Source of the DNA: Lingula anatina
Taxonomy: Eukaryota; Animalia; Brachiopoda
Direction of reading: 5' to 3'
DNA length: 64,000 bases
Assembly (NCBI GenBank): GCA_051362555.1
Contig: CM120640.1
Span: 11,718,001-11,782,000, forward strand
Positions 1 through 12,700 of the stretch are shown in pieces. Numbering within the stretch: position 1 is the stretch's first letter; each line of letters opens with the position of its first letter. Below the pieces are notes generated by a model. The model saw only the letters and a program-made list of their open reading frames with translations. It searched no databases and was not told the origin of the DNA. The translations under genes were made by a program, and so were the position numbers.

Positions 1-348
1 ATTCTGTGCATTTTTATCTCCATTATGTACTCTCCAAGCCAAACGTAACTCTTTATCCATGCATTGAAAACTTAAAAGCTACTACACTATAATGAGGCAT
101 GAATTTTACTTTCTGGTTGAAAATGAAGAGAAAAAATCTTGAGTCTTCAGTCATCTTGAGTTTTCAAGATTTTTTATACAGTTAATATTTACTTGTGTCC
201 ATGGATAATATAAGCCCACCAACTTGACTGCATACTGTCTCAAAATGGTGGTATCCTCATGCTCATACAGGTAATTAACAAGCAGGGAAACCCTGGAAAC
301 ATTAACCTTGTACGATTTTAATTAGCTACAATTTTCAAAATTTCATAC

Positions 349-2677
349 CTCATCATAAAGCTTTTTACACTGGCTATTTGCATCGACTTGGCCAGAAAAA
401 GACTGTGTAGGAATGATTTTGTTCAACGCACTGATGATGCGATCATCTAAATTTCTCCACTGTTTCAAGGTATCCTGAAAGAGAAAGAAGTTGGCTGGAC
501 ATATTTGTTTTCATTCTACAGCTATACAGTACAAAGAGTGACAAATACTTTTCACTAGTTGCATTAAGTAGGTACCACTCAATTATGATAATGAATAATC
601 CTTTTAAAACCTTATTTATAACTTTTCAATCACCTAACCCTGAACCTGACCCAGCCAGTAAAACAGTTAAATGCATTGAAAGCCATGATGGATTTAACAG
701 ATGTTCAAAGTAAAATTTCACATTAAGTTTCAAAAATTTGCTTTAACATTTAATTTTCTCCATGTTATCTCTTTTTTTCAATAAAATGTTGCAACTTGGC
801 AATTGTATGGGTAATTGTCTAGTGGACATATCTAAAAAGGAGTTTTAATTTTCATTTTTCATTTCAATAGACACCCGAATTACATGAAAGTTTGGTTGAA
901 GAATGAATAAGAACGTAACAGTTTACACTGCATCTTATATTCTATGATTTATGCATTAACAAATGTGTTTCCAGGATATCAAAATTAGGTATATCACAAT
1001 TAGCTAGGGGCGTCACAGTAGTAACTATCCAGGGGCAGTGAAGTGCAAAACTGAGACTGGCCTGCTAACAGCTCGCCTAGATGACATCCTTTTTTTTTTT
1101 AATCTCTCTTTTAGCGCCATGTAAATAAACAAATACAGTACAAGCCATTTACTAGATAAGCTGTAAATCAAAGAGTTAATTCCGGTCACGTGATTTTCCG
1201 TGTTGCAGTCTTAGAGAACTTTGATTTAAGGACGTTTTTAAGTTTTGCCTCGACAAAATGTTAAAAATTTTAGATAAGTACTGCATGGAAGTTTTTGTAA
1301 TTTATTATGTGTAAAGTTCATGAAATTTGCAATATTATGCCGAAAAATTATGAATATTGAACCATGCGAAGTATAGTTTATTTGATGCGCAATATTTACA
1401 GTACATGATCTGCAAGGAAGCCATCCCAGCCATGTGCTTGTGCAGTCGCCAATTTGGGTTTGTTTTCAGGTCATTAGATTAACATTGAGCCCTAATTGCC
1501 CTAACTGGTCACAAGCAATTTGAGCTGCAGCTACAGCTGAGTGATCACTGCTGGTCAGTGGTCACGGGTCTTTAGTTGAAAAGTTTTGGTGAAATTTTGC
1601 AGTTAAAAAACTTCAATATCTTTGTTGCTTGTACGAATATTTTAAAAATTCCAAAAGAATTCATCTGATTTTTGCATTACCTTTCAGAAGATATAAGTAT
1701 TTTAATTTTCTGATCAGTTTGAAAAATTTTCTGATATACCTATCAAAATTGGGTACTTTTGTAGTATACCCCCCCCACCCTGTAACTTTCTGTAACTTTC
1801 ACTTTTCAAACATTTTTTTTTGCATTTTCTTGTTGATCTATGTCAAGAACAAGCAGCTCATAATAATTTCACAAAGGAAGTCCAAGTATACAATGTATCA
1901 ATCATATCGTCACATAAAATTACCTTAGAGTTAGCCAACGAAGACTCGGCAAGTTATTGACTGCGGGTGCATTGTAGATTTTCACAATTGTATTTCAATG
2001 GGCTGGATTAAACATGATTAAAACTAATAAAAAGACCACAGGTAATTACAAAAGCATTTTATTTCAACAGCTTTGACATAGATGAACAAGACAATGTAAA
2101 AAACTGGTTGAAAAGTGAAAGTTACAGAAAGTTACAGGGTGGGGGGTATACTACAAAAGTACCCAAAATTGGGCCACTTGAATTTTGTAGTTCTGAAGTT
2201 ATTACGAAGTTATGAAGCTTTAGAAATAAGACCTTCATATCTGAAAAATGACTTAAGTTGCGACTTAAGTTACCTAAGCCATTAACTTAAAGCTAGTTAC
2301 GCAATAAAAAAGACTCGTTGTTACATTTACACGCAAAACCTTAGTTACTACAACGTATGTTGATAGTGTTAATGCAGGTAACGCAAGAATATCAGATAAA
2401 AACTACATCTATCCATATTCTGAAATTTTATTTTATATAACTTTGACCTTGGAACAGTTCAACTTTAAGAAGCCACTAGCACACACGTGCGACTTACGAC
2501 TCAGGTCACAAGCCTCGTCCCAACGCTGTTCAGTGACAAACAACTTGTGAACTATAAACATAAATCTTCTCTTTCTGAGCAACACTTCCTATGAATAATG
2601 AAAGTTTAATTTACCTGAAACTGTAAAAAATCATCGCAGGGCAAGGACCCGGCTTCGTTGTTACTGGACGCCGCCAT
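349..2677 (-). CDS. MIX23: MIX23/CCDC58 (mitochondrial intermembrane-space protein), first two coding exons; gene continues off the left edge
   Basis: Exon 1 is 2677..2615 (MAASSNNEAGSLPCDDFLQFQ, donor CAG|gtaaa). Exon 2 is 474..349 (DTLKQWRNLDDRIISALNKIIPTQSFSGQVDANSQCKKLYDE, ttcag| acceptor, GAG|gtatg donor). The join is phase 0. The peptide closely resembles the CCDC58 N-terminus (MAA..C.EF..FQ..L...R..DDRI...LN...PT.SF.G..DA...CK.LY). Confidence 0.9.
1752..2163. mobile_element. 412-bp MITE, probably Merlin-type non-autonomous DNA transposon, in MIX23 intron 1
   Basis: ~55-bp near-perfect TIRs (GGTACTTTTGTAGTATACCCCCC..ACCCTGTAACTTTCTGTAACTTTCACTTTTCAA). An 8-bp direct repeat CAAAATTG flanks it at 1744-1751 and 2164-2171. 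Confidence 0.85.
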
Positions 2678-5600
2678 TACAACTTCCCGTATGTTTCTAG
2701 AGCTTTAACCTATAGGTGGTAGCACTGCACGGGTTTGTTAAAACACGAATCGACAGCAGAGGGCGTTACGTAGGCGTCAAATGCATGTTGTTGCAGCATA
2801 CCCCAGCTTGCTTTTTTTGGCAACAAATTAAGTTTAAGAGAAACAAATATTGGGACAAAGTTGACGAGAGTAGGCCTACATTTTCAACGGGTAAGGCTTG
2901 GTATATAGTATAAAAATAATTTGATCATCTCCCAGATGCATTCATGATTAGGTCTATTTTTGACCATTTTCAAGAGAAATCCATATAACGTTATAAACAT
3001 CCACTTATAAAGGCTATTTGATCATGACGTTTAATTATTCGGTTATATCGTCAAAATGCACCACACATTCACTCGTACTCAAGAGAGAAAATGATGCATG
3101 TTGGTGACCCAAAACTTGCTCAGACTTCACCTGTGCTTGCAATATTGATATCATATATTTGTTTCACAGCTAACATCTCAATTAAGGCCTAACTCCAGAA
3201 GTAAGACGCTTTCAACTCCCAATACATTAATCCCATTGAAACCTTGATACCTCTCAGTTTTAAGCTAAGAGCTATCAGACGGATGAACATGGTAATCTGG
3301 CAGCACTTGCGGGAGTCGTTGTAGAGTGGGGCGGCTGTTTTTAAAAATATTTTTTATTTTTTTTATTATTTTTTTTATTATGATTCGTTACTGGAGTGGA
3401 TATTTTCCCATAATTGCCATGTGTTCACAGTCGAAACACGGGTCTTGTTTTTAACTCATTAAATTGTGTGTTTTGAACTCGTTCAATTGCGTGATCAGAT
3501 TGCAGTTCATTAAGTCCTGTATAATGAGTGGATCCTAAATTCAGTTAAGACAAATTAAAAAACAAGAAATATCGCCCTTTTTCTCTCGTCTGTATCCGCA
3601 TAGACGAACTGACAAAAAATAAAGGCGTTATTATAGCAGCTGGAAAACTGTCTGCCCCCTGAAGTAAGACCGTCGACTTTTTTTCAGTAAAAATGTGTTT
3701 ATGCTTTCTTGTCGGACAGAAAGTCCGCGCAAAAAGATTGCTGCGCTGTTGCATAGCAATTTGTTAAAAGAGCCAGCGAGCTAAATTGAAGCAAAAATCA
3801 ATTATTCAAAAATCACACGGTGAGATCTGAAATTGACTGCTGATGGGTACGTTTTATATAATATGTAGGGGCCTACAATTACTGATCACAATGAAGAGAG
3901 GGAACGGTATTCTTAATTGTGCTTTGCTTTGTATATGGCGGCGATACATAATTTAAGAGTTAAGATGCGACGCGATCTACCAAGTCCCCTGCTGGTAGCC
4001 TACACAGATCTGTTGCCCATTTAGCTTCGACTGGAGACCGCCTGCATTTTTACTTGCAATTGGAAGCTTACCTGATGTCAACGTTTGTTGTTTAAATCGG
4101 TTATATACACAGAACAGGTAACCTCTATCTGCTCTCTGCTCTGAATTACCCTATAGTTTTTTTTAATATGTAGTTAGTGGTGGGTCTTCGTAGCCCAGAC
4201 TGATTAACTAACCAAGAGTAAAGTCTGCTACCTATAGACGTACAGGTACAATGAGGCGCTCAACTACATGTACCTGGATTTTATCCCCCATTGAGATTCC
4301 ACTCCCCCCGCGCCGGTACTATTTTTGTATTACCTTGGTGAAGAGAACACTGAGGATAAAATGGCTTGTCACAGGTCTCTTACTGGGTTCTGACTCCTTA
4401 TCTTTAATCCACGAGTCCTGTGCAGGACTGAATTTAGTAACTTTTAATAGGCGAATCGGAGATCCAAATAGTTAAACATACTATGAAAGTGATTCAGTTA
4501 AACTTTCAAATTTATCCTCTTCATATTTTATAAATAAATTAAAAAATCTATTATCCTCTGAATAAAAACTGCTTGAATCAGAGTTTGAAATCATTTTTTA
4601 AAAATAACGGTTAATTTACTTCGATTAGAAAGCTAATTTAACAATGACACCTTCAAATATAATACCGTTGGCGAACATAAAACATTCAACAGAGGGACGT
4701 GTCATATCTAAATCATTACTGCTATAATCAGACTAATCAAAAAAGAACTTCATTAATTGAATGCCAAAGGCTGTGTTTTTGCACCGTCCGCTCTCTTCGC
4801 ATTGTGCTTGTAGCACGTAATTTCTAAATTGTTTCTCTGAGTAGGCCTAACCTTAAGGCTTTATCATTCGTATTAAATTATAACAGCGTTGGGGTCAACA
4901 GGTCACCTGCAAAAAATAAAGATCGATCTAAAAAAAATTGAATTTGACCAATAATTTTATTTATACAGGTCCAGCCCTGAGGATAATTTAGCCTGGTTTG
5001 ATGATAAAAAAAATATTTTGTGAAAGATGGATGTTAGTTGTGACACTGGGCTAGTACCTGCCTGCCAAAAACGCAAAATAACTTTGGGATATGAGGGGGT
5101 GGTAATGCTTCAGATAAACAACCATAGCCCACCTGAAGCCAACGACAGGCAGGAAGTGGGGTAACTTGAAGGCAACTTAATTTCCGGTATTGCATTTTGG
5201 GAGGGAGTAGGGTACGGCGGTTAGTCCTTTCACATGATTAAGACAAAAATCCGAAACATTCCTGTATAATTTCAACTAAATTTCATATCGTCGTGGCAAA
5301 TTAGTTTCATAATTACGGTCTCTTGGCCACAATCATGTTATTTCCCGCTAGCTATTAATCCTAACACGACCTGCGCCATCACCTACCAGTAACACGAGTC
5401 AATAACATTATTACGCACGATATAAATCACATTATTGCCCATAATGAGGTATTTTAAAGCAATTTTAGACCAGCTTACATCATTCAAAGGTAGTCTGCGG
5501 TGTCTCCGCTAACATGATTCTGTCTAAAGGGAAAATGATGTGATGGAACCCAAAGCTCAAATTGCGCCGCGATATCACTTGGAAATTACTTCTTACGAGG

Positions 5601-8600
5601 ATTTAATTCCTTTTACTTTCTTTTTCCAGTTGCAGTAAGAACACAGTAGGTGTATAATATAGATTTAAGATCTTAGAGGGTGTGGCAGGAATGTTCAGGC
5701 GGGAAGAAGCCTTTAATCAAGAACAACGTCTTAAATAACCCCTGTTATAATATCAAGATGGTAACATTTGAGGTACGCAAATCTGTTGAAATTTTCAAGG
5801 AACGTAACAGGGTGGTGTTAGTTAAATAAAAACGCATGAGAGTTTTGGTGTGAGCGATACAAAGATCTTTTAAAAAAAACAAAAACTGAACCTAATGTTA
5901 CAGAGGAAAAACCCTGAAGTAGTATTAATGAGCGAAGTTACAATGTACATTGGGCCATGGCATGAAATATTAGACATGTTAAATTAACCCTGAGTCTGGT
6001 TGCTTTAAAATTATTTTAATTTGGAAAATGTTTTGCAATTTTACTGAATAGTTAGTTTCAATACTTTGTCCAGGTTTCTCTCTCTCTCTCTCTCTCTGCG
6101 TGCGGTAACTTGACTGTACATGTTGATTTTATTTCCCCTTGAGCTTTAATAGATGAATATTGACGCCTTTAAAACGATCAGTGACTTAAGATAATACTTT
6201 GAATTTGGCAGGTAATACCTATGCTTGATATTAATAGCAACCCATTGAGGAAGATGGCACGCTTAATACACTGTCCATAGTATATTTTAGGGAGAACACC
6301 TGCTGTCCTCACTTCTCCTTAGTTTTGCGGCATGTCATACGTGCCGGTTATTTTTTCCCGCATTCAGCGGACAAAGGAAGATGCGAATCGTGTCGAAAAT
6401 TGCCCTCACTTTGTGAAAACAGAGAATTCCTTTGTGACAAAAATACACACAGTAGCGTTATATTTGCGAAATTCTGTGAAAGTTGTACAAAGCTTAGGTG
6501 CGTTGAACTTCAATTGTCGAATAAGCTTGTTTAAAAGATTCTTTTTATGATATTGGATATATCGGCCCACCTTCACGCCATTTTCTTTTATGAATTTCTT
6601 TCTTCCCTTTTAAGTGTTTGTTATCGTCTTAGCTTGTCAGTTGATTTGTATTTTTACCTCGTTCTTTGTTTGTTTGCCTGTTTACTGTTTACTTTTGTTT
6701 CTTTTTTCGTGTTCGTCTAGCACAGGTACTCTGACCATGACAAAAGCGCATAGTAAAAGAAGCGTCACTTCAGCAGCGTATGTCTGTGTTTTGTAGGGGT
6801 ATATTACAGGCCAAGGTAACTGAAGTATCCGGGCAGATGGGCCATCTAGACAACGCTAAATTGACACGTATGGTACCGTCCACGTAAGCAATTCTACATG
6901 CGTATCTGTTCTGCTTTTTAGTTTTTAGCTGATTTTAAAGAGATTCTGAAGCTGTTATGTTCTTGTTCTGTCCTTGACCAAAAACTTTATATTTCATAAA
7001 TCGTTATTCATCATATTTATCATTCTTTATAAATCTTTATATTTTATTTCGATTATACATTATAACATTTAAAACATTTGTTGATGCTAACTTTGATATC
7101 TCTATCAGAATAATAAGACTTGTGAGAATGATTATGTAACTATCGTCTGTAGGTTTTTTCATCAACTCGCAAATTGATGAACCCCACGAACGTCGTCTAA
7201 AACGCAGATGTAATCCAGCGTCTTACAAATTTTCGTGGCTAATTTTCCACAAGAATTCAAGTGCTCATCAGCTGTTTTAAGTGGACCTCATCTAGTGGTG
7301 AGCATCTCAATATTAGCAGTGCTCACCTCTTCAACTGTTTCTGACACACTCTGGGTTTCACACGGTGGTTATCATTACTGAGTTCTACAAAACAGGTGCT
7401 TGAGACTTTCACGCTGAGTATGTGACATCTCAAAATCAGGCTAGGTGCTCGAAATGTTACATGTTTCCTTCTTTTACATTTGTATTTCTTAGACTTTGGT
7501 AACTCATTATCGATCTGTGTTACGTCATATCAAATGAGTGTCAAGAATGTCGTCACGAAACTTGTGTTTCGAATGCAATAAGCACTTAGGTGCGTTAGCT
7601 TGCATGCGCGTGTGTGAGCGATTTAGCCCAGGGGCTTAAAGTAGTTTAATCTTTGTTATACTTGTTTTTGTTGTTGTTCTCCCTTACTTAACGAAGCTCG
7701 TTTTCAACATATCATATTTCAGTGGGTTATCAAATTTTCATGTTACGCCGGAGCAATTTGATAGCCAACGATTAAGACTAGAAATTATTATTTAAAGACT
7801 AGAAGGTCATATTCTTCTTTATACGGTCGTTAGACACTTTCTGAAATAAATAAAAGATAAGTAAGAGAAATTGGTGACGGCTGTGGTCAACTTGCAGATG
7901 TGCCGTTCTTGGCCTTGTGAAGCGCGTGTACATAGTGCCGTGATGGAGACGATTGCCTCTGTTCAAGGTCCATAAATCGTGACCGGGCAGACCGAACAAC
8001 TGACGCCTGTGCGCGTAAAAAAAAAAAAAAAAAAAAAAACTGAGCGATTTGCGATGATACAGGTTCGACTTGCTTTGAAGCGAAACCACAAGTCATGCCT
8101 CGTCGCTTGTGCAAATTGAAGAAAATGTTTTGACACATATTCTTTTCTTTAGAGCTTGCTAAGCGGGTCTGAATCTGTGACGATGGTTAAAGGCATGGGA
8201 GGCGATAAGTGGCACTGAGTTTTCCACAATAAGTTTTTTTATGTACTTATAAAACTAATAACCAATGCTAACTTCACCTTTTGCATTCATTGAATCACTA
8301 AATCCAAACCATATCATTGTTTTACACTCTGACCACAGGTTCCGCTAGTACTCTGTTACAAAATTAGTGCAGTAAATTTATCAACCAATTTTTTTTCATT
8401 TTTTTTTTTTTTTTTTTTTGGACATAAAAAGTCCCTTTTGCTTTAAACCGTTGATTTAAACCTCCCTTAATTCGACTTGTATTGGATAGCGGGGAGCAAA
8501 CGAGTATGGTTAAATTTTATTATGCTTTTCCACGTTTGACCGCAGATAGAAAGGATTTTCTGTGAGATTGATGCTTGGCTGGAGGGCGTAATGAGACACG

Positions 8601-8677
8601 TTGTAGCTTAATCATGTAGCAGCACTAGCGATTACAGATGAGTCCAGCGTGTGCTTTATCTCCCCCTGCATATAATT

Positions 8678-8958
8678 GGGGTAGGGCAAAGGGTTAGGGG
8701 CCACGGGGAAGATAATGATCATCCTTGGTGAGACTGACGAATCCGGGCACGCGCCGCGCGCACGTCTTTGACACCACAGTGACAGGTAGATGAAGTCGGG
8801 GCGGAGCGTCATCCTGCATTGCGGTCGGTGATTAAGTACAGCACGAACTACTACTGGCAGGTGACGGCATTCAGAATCACTCATCCACACAGACACTATT
8901 AGAACATCAGAACAAACTACTTCAAAAGGCGCGCGCGCATGCTCCCTCCTTTATAAGG
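8678..8958 (+). promoter_or_regulatory. Proximal promoter of the achaete-scute gene
   Basis: TATAAGG at 8952; GGGGCGGAG GC box at ~8798; proneural E-box GCAGGTG at 8857; Hes/Hairy class C site GGCACGCGCC at 8746; G-run cluster at 8678-8700; very CpG-rich. Confidence 0.75.
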
Positions 8959-9007
8959 AGAGGTTGTCGGGATAAACTGGCACACGACTCGCACGCGCAG
9001 CGCTAGT

Positions 9008-9793
9008 ATGCACAAGAATTTAGAGACAATGTCGTGCGGAAACTCGTCGCCGGTTTTCTCACAGGGTTTCATAATTATAAGAAGTCCGTACCAATCCAAC
9101 GAAAGTGGAGCTATGGTAGTGCCCACTACAAAATCATGCAATGAAAACCTGGACCCGGATTCAGAACCTTTACGCTGCAAAAGGCGCTCAGATATGAACA
9201 AAATTACTGGCGTAAAAACGCAAACAGGGTCCGTTATGAGAAGGAACGAACGCGAACGAAATCGCGTAAAACACATAAACAAGACATTCACTGTGTTGCG
9301 ATCACATCTGCCAAATGGACAAAACAACAAAAAGATGAGCAAGGTTGAAACACTGAAAAGAGCCATAGATTACATCAGATATATGGAAGATCTGCTAACT
9401 GAAACGGGCAACAATTTTCTCAGTGGACAAGTACAAACGGATTTGTCGTCTGGGGTGCCGTCCAGTATGAATTATTCTGCCAAGATACAAGTCCATCCCT
9501 CAATGGGCTCCTCACACGTAGAGGAACAGAGTTTCTTTCCTCAGAATTTGCAAAATCCAGTGACGACCCCCAATCAAGCACGAACACCTGGTCTTATGCC
9601 GCCAATGTATTACACTTGCACATCTCCCGAGGGCTATCAACAAGAAAACGTGCCAGCCACGCCGAACTCACCCGCAAATTCCATATCATCTGTCCTGTCG
9701 TCCGACTACAGCAGCCAAGTTTCAGATTCGTCTGCTGAGGATTTGATGAACATGGATGAAACGGATTTGGTGGATTTTGCTAACTTGTTTTAA
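9008..9793 (+). CDS. ASH: Achaete-scute homolog (ASCLa/ASH proneural bHLH factor), single exon
   Basis: LRCKRR motif; basic region SVMRRNERERNRVK; loop/helix 2 KKMSKVETLKRAIDYI; Ser/Pro-rich C-terminal half; acidic C-terminal motif DLVDFANLF*. The start may instead be the second ATG at 9029. Confidence 0.95.
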   Translation: MHKNLETMSCGNSSPVFSQGFIIIRSPYQSNESGAMVVPTTKSCNENLDPDSEPLRCKRRSDMNKITGVKTQTGSVMRRNERERNRVKHINKTFTVLRSHLPNGQNNKKMSKVETLKRAIDYIRYMEDLLTETGNNFLSGQVQTDLSSGVPSSMNYSAKIQVHPSMGSSHVEEQSFFPQNLQNPVTTPNQARTPGLMPPMYYTCTSPEGYQQENVPATPNSPANSISSVLSSDYSSQVSDSSAEDLMNMDETDLVDFANLF

Positions 9794-12700
9794 GGTACAA
9801 ATTTATATTTTCTTTTAAGTCTTTGGATGTAATAGTTTGTATCCGCGATAATCGTTAAAACCAATGGCTAAGTTTTTCAGATATTTATTCATATTTAATT
9901 TTGATTTGAATTTTGATGGTGATCAGTAGTTTTTAATGTGCATGATATTAATTTTTGAACGTACATGTATATAGTGACGACCCTCATGAATATGTGTTTT
10001 TATTAATGATATAACCAGTGCTCCGCTTCTTCGTTAAACATAAAATTGTCATGATAATCATTCTAATGCAAAAGCTCGCTAGCTTCAGAGGTATGGATTA
10101 CACAACTTTATAAATTCAAATTAAATAGAAACAAACAAAAAATGTTTGTTTACAATGCAGCATTCTGTTCACTTTAATGATAATATATTGATAATTCTTG
10201 CGGTAGTCGTTTATGTAGAAAAAAATGTGCTTTATTCTTTTGTAACAAAACTTTTTTTATTTTGCATTTCAAATTACCATAAAAATTAATTTAAATCGAC
10301 ATTTTTGAAAGTTGGGATTTTAATATGACGGTCTCTAAGGCTTTCACTCTTTAGTAGCCTCTTGTCTAAATCGTTTTTTATTTTTCTTTTAGAATGGCAA
10401 GTTGAAAAGCTTGTCCTAACGGCACGCGCAAAGCCCATCAAACGTGAGCGCGAATACATTTCTTTTGTAGCCTACTTTTCCATTATCTGTCTCAAAATAT
10501 TACTCGGGTAAAAAAATCGATTTTAGAAATGCCTCATTTTTTTATAATCCGGCAATGTATTTTATATCAAGTACAAGAACGTAATATGAAAATGCATTGG
10601 GATGCGTAATTGTTATTTTGTCAGACACCCTTGAGCATTCGTTTCCCCGTGCTATCTGAGAAGAAGCATCTTCTCCTTGCGCCGATATCACGTTGGTTTC
10701 AGCCAATTAATGCACGTATGTAAATTCCCTCCTCCAACGGGGAAATCGTAATTACCTTGCACAAGTTTCACCTGCCTCGTTGTCATAGCGATGCAATTAA
10801 GTATCCCGAATAATTTGTGTTCATACCCTTATTTGGAAAACCGGCGCCAGATATCTTGGCGGTAGTTGTCTTTCTGCACAACTTTCATTGTCCCACAGTC
10901 TACTTGCCACATTTTAGTAATTGTTAAAGAAATCTGACTTCTTTAAAAAGCACGTTACGCGCAGGTAGTGTAATATTTCACCGTCACAGACAATTTTGGC
11001 GCGCGCCTCTGTGGACATAAAAAGGTTTCAGCCCGTGCCGCTGATTAAGTTTCACACAAAATGGGCTTATGCAGGCAACCGTTGAAATTGTTTGATGTTT
11101 TTCTACGTCGATAAATAAAGTCAGTAGAATTATTTATTGCAGGTGTTTAACTGCCCTTTAATCTATAATTTTCATTTTTTAAAAATGTTAAAGACATCGT
11201 TACAGAAAGGCTAATCGTAAGGTAAAACATCTCGATGAAATCACAAATCATTAAATTGTATTGAATTTTTTTGTATCTTTGCAGTTATTGCACAGATTTG
11301 GTGGTCATATTGAGAGAAAATCCAGACAGACAGATACAACACCAGCGGCGGCACCATCATCCCCACGACTGATATGTTGAACCAATTTTTCCTAAGCCTG
11401 GAGGTGACATGAGGGTGATTGCGGCACGGTCCCGTTACTGGGTTTCACCTGTCCTATGAGAAAGATGACAAGTCGGTTTTTGTGACACGGTTATTTAACC
11501 CGTGGCTCTCAGCAACAATGTCTTCCCGTAACGTACCATGTTGAATCATGATGTAATCCCTTGTTGAAGCAGAATTTTGTACTTAAATCGCTTGGCCCTG
11601 CGTGTATATTTTTATGCAGATCCCCAGCAGATAACATAGATAAGCTTCCAACCTGACTTAAACATTGATTATCGTATCTGTCGGGATACGTTGATATGTA
11701 TTTTTTTCCTTTTTTGTGTATAACGGATAAAAGTGCGATGATAAAATTTATTTTAGCTGGTTATCTGTGGACAAAGAATGATGGTATGATATGTTATGAT
11801 ATGTTCAGTGCTCCATAGGAAGTGATCTCATTATTCACAATATGAATTAGAATTTTCAGTGGTCCGTTACAAGACCTGTTGAGTGTTTTGCTAAGTCCGA
11901 AATCGAAATAACCATCATGTGCAACTTTAAGGTCTCCATGTAAGATGGAAAATGAAGTCAATCGTGATCAACATTCATTTTGTTAAGAAATTTTTAGTTG
12001 AAAGTATTTTTAATTTCAACTTAAGATTATGTTTGCATAGTAATTATGCCACCAAATGCTGTCTACTTAACCCGCCGACACCTGTTAAAGTACAGTTTCT
12101 GTTGACAGTGCATCGTCTCGCGAGTTAAAATAACGGCAGATGGTGGCCATGTCACTTGATATTTGCCGGGTCACCTGCTTGGCAATACAGAGGAAAAGGC
12201 GGGATTTGGCGCGGTAAGGGGAGGAGACAGAAAATTCAAATTATGTGCTGGATTTCCCTTTCAGTTTAATTAAACGTGACTTTGTCGTTGCCCTAGGGTG
12301 CTCTGGTTATTTATATGAAACGCATTTTATTTAGGCGTTCCATTTTCAAACACCAGGAATATAAGTTTTTCTTACCTTTGTGTCTGTAAAGATATACCCC
12401 GTAGCCAACTGACCAAAGAGACACGCAGTTTTGGAAAAGTTTCACCTGTCTCCTCTCCACTTATAGAAAACTATAGAAACTGACCTGGTCATAGCCTTAA
12501 AATGACCCTTAACAAGGGGGATTTTGTTTCGGTTTCTGGCTGTGAAACATTTCACTTTTGTTATGGACAGAAGATCTCGATTTTTGTAGTTTGTTAATGA
12601 CTTTATACATACATCAGTTTTTACAACTGAGGAAAGAAACCATTTTCAAAAAGTGTTTTACAAGTCAATTATCTCTTTTATACAATATGTGTGAATCAGG

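Noticed and set aside
1171-2290. Possible larger DNA element hosting the Merlin-like MITE (GAGTTAAT...ATTAACTT ends)
   Set aside because: The terminal match is only ~7 bp and there is no TSD, so the boundaries cannot be supported.
8612-9366. Minus-strand ORFs 8612-8896 and 8917-9366 overlapping the ASH promoter and CDS
   Set aside because: Non-ATG or shadow frames of GC-rich promoter and coding DNA, with no recognisable protein features.
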